Below, one piece after another: positions 51,701 to 57,142 of a stretch of 57,142 nt of DNA; position 1 is the stretch's first letter; every line of letters begins with the position of its first letter. Location of the stretch: contig JAUCBJ010002865.1 in NCBI GenBank assembly GCA_032718475.1, forward strand, positions 1 through 57,142, in the 5' to 3' direction. The DNA is from Nemertoderma westbladi (Eukaryota; Animalia; Xenacoelomorpha). Below the pieces are notes generated by a model. It ran no database searches, was not told where the DNA came from, and saw only the letters and a list, made by a program, of their open reading frames with translations. A program made the position numbers and the translations under genes.

Positions 51701-54700
51701 TACGGATGGTACTAGATGTTGTAAGTGATTGTATATGACTTACGGATGGTACTAGATGTTGTAAGTGATTGTATGACTTACGGATGGTACTAGATGTTGT
51801 AAGTGATTGTATGACTTACGGATGGTACTAGATGTTGTAAGTGATTGTATGACTTACGGATGGTACTAGATGTTGTAAGTGATTGTATGACTTACGGATG
51901 GTACTAGATGTTGTAAGTGATTGTATATGACTTACGGATGGTACTAGATGTTGTAAGTGATTGTATGACTTACGGATGGTACTAGATGTTGTAAGTGATT
52001 GTATGACTTACGGATGGTACTAGATGTTGTAAGTGATTGTATGACTTACGGATGGTACTAGATGTTGTAAGTGATTGTATGACTTACGGATGGTACTAGA
52101 TGTTGTAAGTGATTGTATGACTTACGGATGGTACTAGATGTTGTAAGTGATTGTATGACTTACGGATGGTACTAGATGTTGTAAGTGATTGTATGACTTA
52201 CGGATGGTACTAGATGTTGTAAGTGATTGTATGACTTACGGATGGTACTAGATGTTGTAAGTGATTGTATGACTTACGGATGGTACTAGATGTTGTAAGT
52301 GATTGTATGACTTACGGATGGTACTAGATGTTGTAAGTGATTGTATGACTTACGGATGGTACTAGATGTTGTAAGTGATTGTATGACTTACGGATGGTAC
52401 TAGATGTTGTAAGTGATTGTATGACTTACGGATGGTACTAGATGTTGTAAGTGATTGTATGACTTACGGATGGTACTAGATGTTGTAAGTGATTGTATGA
52501 CTTACGGATGGTACTAGATGTTGTAAGTGATTGTATGACTTACGGATGGTACTAGATGTTGTAAGTGATTGTATGACTTACGGATGGTACTAGATGTTGT
52601 AAGTGATTGTATGACTTACGGATGGTACTAGATGTTGTAAGTGATTGTATGACTTACGGATGGTACTAGATGTTGTAAGTGATTGTATGACTTACGGATG
52701 GTACTAGATGTTGTAAGTGATTGTATGACTTACGGATGGTACTAGATGTTGTAAGTGATTGTATGACTTACGGATGGTACTAGATGTTGTAAGTGATTGT
52801 ATGACTTACGGATGGTACTAGATGTTGTAAGTGATTGTATGACTTACGGATGGTACTAGATGTTGTAAGTGATTGTATGACTTACGGATGGTACTAGATG
52901 TTGTAAGTGATTGTATGACTTACGGATGGTACTAGATGTTGTAAGTGATTGTATGACTTACGGATGGTACTAGATGTTGTAAGTGATTGTATGACTTACG
53001 GATGGTACTAGATGTTGTAAGTGATTGTATGACTTACGGATGGTACTAGATGTTGTAAGTGATTGTATGACTTACGGATGGTACTAGATGTTGTAAGTGA
53101 TTGTATGACTTACGGATGGTACTAGATGTTGTAAGTGATTGTATGACTTACGGATGGTACTAGATGTTGTAAGTGATTGTATGACTTACGGATGGTACTA
53201 GATGTTGTAAGTGATTGTATGACTTACGGATGGTACTAGATGTTGTAAGTGATTGTATGACTTACGGATGGTACTAGATGTTGTAAGTGATTGTATGACT
53301 TACGGATGGTACTAGATGTTGTAAGTGATTGTATGACTTACGGATGGTACTAGATGTTGTAAGTGATTGTATGACTTACGGATGGTACTAGATGTTGTAA
53401 GTGATTGTATGACTTACGGATGGTACTAGATGTTGTAAGTGATTGTATGACTTACGGATGGTACTAGATGTTGTAAGTGATTGTATGACTTACGGATGGT
53501 ACTAGATGTTGTAAGTGATTGTATGACTTACGGATGGTACTAGATGTTGTAAGTGATTGTATGACTTACGGATGGTACTAGATGTTGTAAGTGATTGTAT
53601 GACTTACGGATGGTACTAGATGTTGTAAGTGATTGTATGACTTACGGATGGTACTAGATGTTGTAAGTGATTGTATGACTTACGGATGGTACTAGATGTT
53701 GTAAGTGATTGTATGACTTACGGATGGTACTAGATGTTGTAAGTGATTGTATGACTTACGGATGGTACTAGATGTTGTAAGTGATTGTATGACTTACGGA
53801 TGGTACTAGATGTTGTAAGTGATTGTATGACTTACGGATGGTACTAGATGTTGTAAGTGATTGTATGACTTACGGATGGTACTAGATGTTGTAAGTGATT
53901 GTATGACTTACGGATGGTACTAGATGTTGTAAGTGATTGTATGACTTACGGATGGTACTAGATGTTGTAAGTGATTGTATGACTTACGGATGGTACTAGA
54001 TGTTGTAAGTGATTGTATGACTTACGGATGGTACTAGATGTTGTAAGTGATTGTATGACTTACGGATGGTACTAGATGTTGTAAGTGATTGTATGACTTA
54101 CGGATGGTACTAGATGTTGTAAGTGATTGTATGACTTACGGATGGTACTAGATGTTGTAAGTGATTGTATGACTTACGGATGGTACTAGATGTTGTAAGT
54201 GATTGTATGACTTACGGATGGTACTAGATGTTGTAAGTGATTGTATGACTTACGGATGGTACTAGATGTTGTAAGTGATTGTATGACTTACGGATGGTAC
54301 TAGATGTTGTAAGTGATTGTATGACTTACGGATGGTACTAGATGTTGTAAGTGATTGTATGACTTACGGATGGTACTAGATGTTGTAAGTGATTGTATGA
54401 CTTACGGATGGTACTAGATGTTGTAAGTGATTGTATGACTTACGGATGGTACTAGATGTTGTAAGTGATTGTATGACTTACGGATGGTACTAGATGTTGT
54501 AAGTGATTGTATATGACTTACGGATGGTACTAGATGTTGTAAGTGATTGTATGACTTACGGATGGTACTAGATGTTGTAAGTGATTGTATGACTTACGGA
54601 TGGTACTAGATGTTGTAAGTGATTGTATGACTTACGGATGGTACTAGATGTTGTAAGTGATTGTATGACTTACGGATGGTACTAGATGTTGTAAGTGATT

Positions 54701-57142
54701 GTATGACTTACGGATGGTACTAGATGTTGTAAGTGATTGTATGACTTACGGATGGTACTAGATGTTGTAAGTGATTGTATGACTTACGGATGGTACTAGA
54801 TGTTGTAAGTGATTGTATGACTTACGGATGGTACTAGATGTTGTAAGTGATTGTATGACTTACGGATGGTACTAGATGTTGTAAGTGATTGTATGACTTA
54901 CGGATGGTACTAGATGTTGTAAGTGATTGTATGACTTACGGATGGTACTAGATGTTGTAAGTGATTGTATGACTTACGGATGGTACTAGATGTTGTAAGT
55001 GATTGTATGACTTACGGATGGTACTAGATGTTGTAAGTGATTGTATGACTTACGGATGGTACTAGATGTTGTAAGTGATTGTATGACTTACGGATGGTAC
55101 TAGATGTTGTAAGTGATTGTATGACTTACGGATGGTACTAGATGTTGTAAGTGATTGTATGACTTACGGATGGTACTAGATGTTGTAAGTGATTGTATGA
55201 CTTACGGATGGTACTAGATGTTGTAAGTGATTGTATGACTTACGGATGGTACTAGATGTTGTAAGTGATTGTATGACTTACGGATGGTACTAGATGTTGT
55301 AAGTGATTGTATGACTTACGGATGGTACTAGATGTTGTAAGTGATTGTATGACTTACGGATGGTACTAGATGTTGTAAGTGATTGTATATGACTTACGGA
55401 TGGTACTAGATGTTGTAAGTGATTGTATGACTTACGGATGGTACTAGATGTTGTAAGTGATTGTATGACTTACGGATGGTACTAGATGTTGTAAGTGATT
55501 GTATGACTTACGGATGGTACTAGATGTTGTAAGTGATTGTATGACTTACGGATGGTACTAGATGTTGTAAGTGATTGTATGACTTACGGATGGTACTAGA
55601 TGTTGTAAGTGATTGTATGACTTACGGATGGTACTAGATGTTGTAAGTGATTGTATGACTTACGGATGGTACTAGATGTTGTAAGTGATTGTATGACTTA
55701 CGGATGGTACTAGATGTTGTAAGTGATTGTATGACTTACGGATGGTACTAGATGTTGTAAGTGATTGTATGACTTACGGATGGTACTAGATGTTGTAAGT
55801 GATTGTATGACTTACGGATGGTACTAGATGTTGTAAGTGATTGTATATGACTTACGGATGGTACTAGATGTTGTAAGTGATTGTATGACTTACGGATGGT
55901 ACTAGATGTTGTAAGTGATTGTATGACTTACGGATGGTACTAGATGTTGTAAGTGATTGTATGACTTACGGATGGTACTAGATGTTGTAAGTGATTGTAT
56001 GACTTACGGATGGTACTAGATGTTGTAAGTGATTGTATGACTTACGGATGGTACTAGATGTTGTAAGTGATTGTATGACTTACGGATGGTACTAGATGTT
56101 GTAAGTGATTGTATGACTTACGGATGGTACTAGATGTTGTAAGTGATTGTATGACTTACGGATGGTACTAGATGTTGTAAGTGATTGTATGACTTACGGA
56201 TGGTACTAGATGTTGTAAGTGATTGTATGACTTACGGATGGTACTAGATGTTGTAAGTGATTGTATGACTTACGGATGGTACTAGATGTTGTAAGTGATT
56301 GTATGACTTACGGATGGTACTAGATGTTGTAAGTGATTGTATGACTTACGGATGGTACTAGATGTTGTAAGTGATTGTATATGACTTACGGATGGTACTA
56401 GATGTTGTAAGTGATTGTATGACTTACGGATGGTACTAGATGTTGTAAGTGATTGTATGACTTACGGATGGTACTAGATGTTGTAAGTGATTGTATGACT
56501 TACGGATGGTACTAGATGTTGTAAGTGATTGTATGACTTACGGATGGTACTAGATGTTGTAAGTGATTGTATGACTTACGGATGGTACTAGATGTTGTAA
56601 GTGATTGTATGACTTACGGATGGTACTAGATGTTGTAAGTGATTGTATATGACTTACGGATGGTACTAGATGTTGTAAGTGATTGTATGACTTACGGATG
56701 GTACTAGATGTTGTAAGTGATTGTATGACTTACGGATGGTACTAGATGTTGTAAGTGATTGTATGACTTACGGATGGTACTAGATGTTGTAAGTGATTGT
56801 ATGACTTACGGATGGTACTAGATGTTGTAAGTGATTGTATATGACTTACGGATGGTACTAGATGTTGTAAGTGATTGTATGACTTACGGATGGTACTAGA
56901 TGTTGTAAGTGATTGTATGACTTACGGATGGTACTAGATGTTGTAAGTGATTGTATGACTTACGGATGGTACTAGATGTTGTAAGTGATTGTATGACTTA
57001 CGGATGGTACTAGATGTTGTAAGTGATTGTATGACTTACGGATGGTACTAGATGTTGTAAGTGATTGTATGACTTACGGATGGTACTAGATGTTGTAAGT
57101 GATTGTATGACTTACGGATGGTACTAGATGTTGTAAGTGATT
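45722..57142 (+). repeat. 40/38-bp tandem array, about 295 copies, running off the window; unit is the exon-2 end plus splice donor (GGATGGTACTAGATGTT|GTAAGTGATTGT(AT)ATGACTTAC)
   Basis: The first unit overlaps the last 17 nt of the exon; 40-mers lie near the exon and 38-mers dominate distally. Confidence 0.97.

Noticed and set aside
45722-57142. Telomeric repeat running to the window end
   Set aside because: The unit is 38-40 bp and derives from the adjacent exon junction; it is not a short G-rich telomerase repeat.

Overview
AT-rich animal (metazoan) genomic DNA; about 55% of the window is ten tandem arrays built from nine unrelated 27-62 bp units. Host genes: intronless FDXR (+), MPI (-, with a long Ser-rich in-frame insert) and RNASEH2B (-), plus the first two coding exons of a Cys-loop (nAChR-like) receptor subunit gene (+) that the ORF track misses. 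Mobile DNA: a decayed hAT transposon with TIRs and an 8-bp TSD inserted into a LINE, four copies of one RTE-like LINE (one flanked by a 262-bp direct duplication), several MITEs and a foldback-like inverted structure. The most striking feature is an array of over 11.4 kb whose unit is the receptor's own exon-2/intron-2 junction (17 nt exon + GTAAGT donor + an ACTTAC complement), repeated about 295 times. A second donor-spanning duplication with 17 nt of exon lies in the hAT transposase gene. All calls come from reading motifs by eye, and copy numbers are estimates from length divided by unit size.
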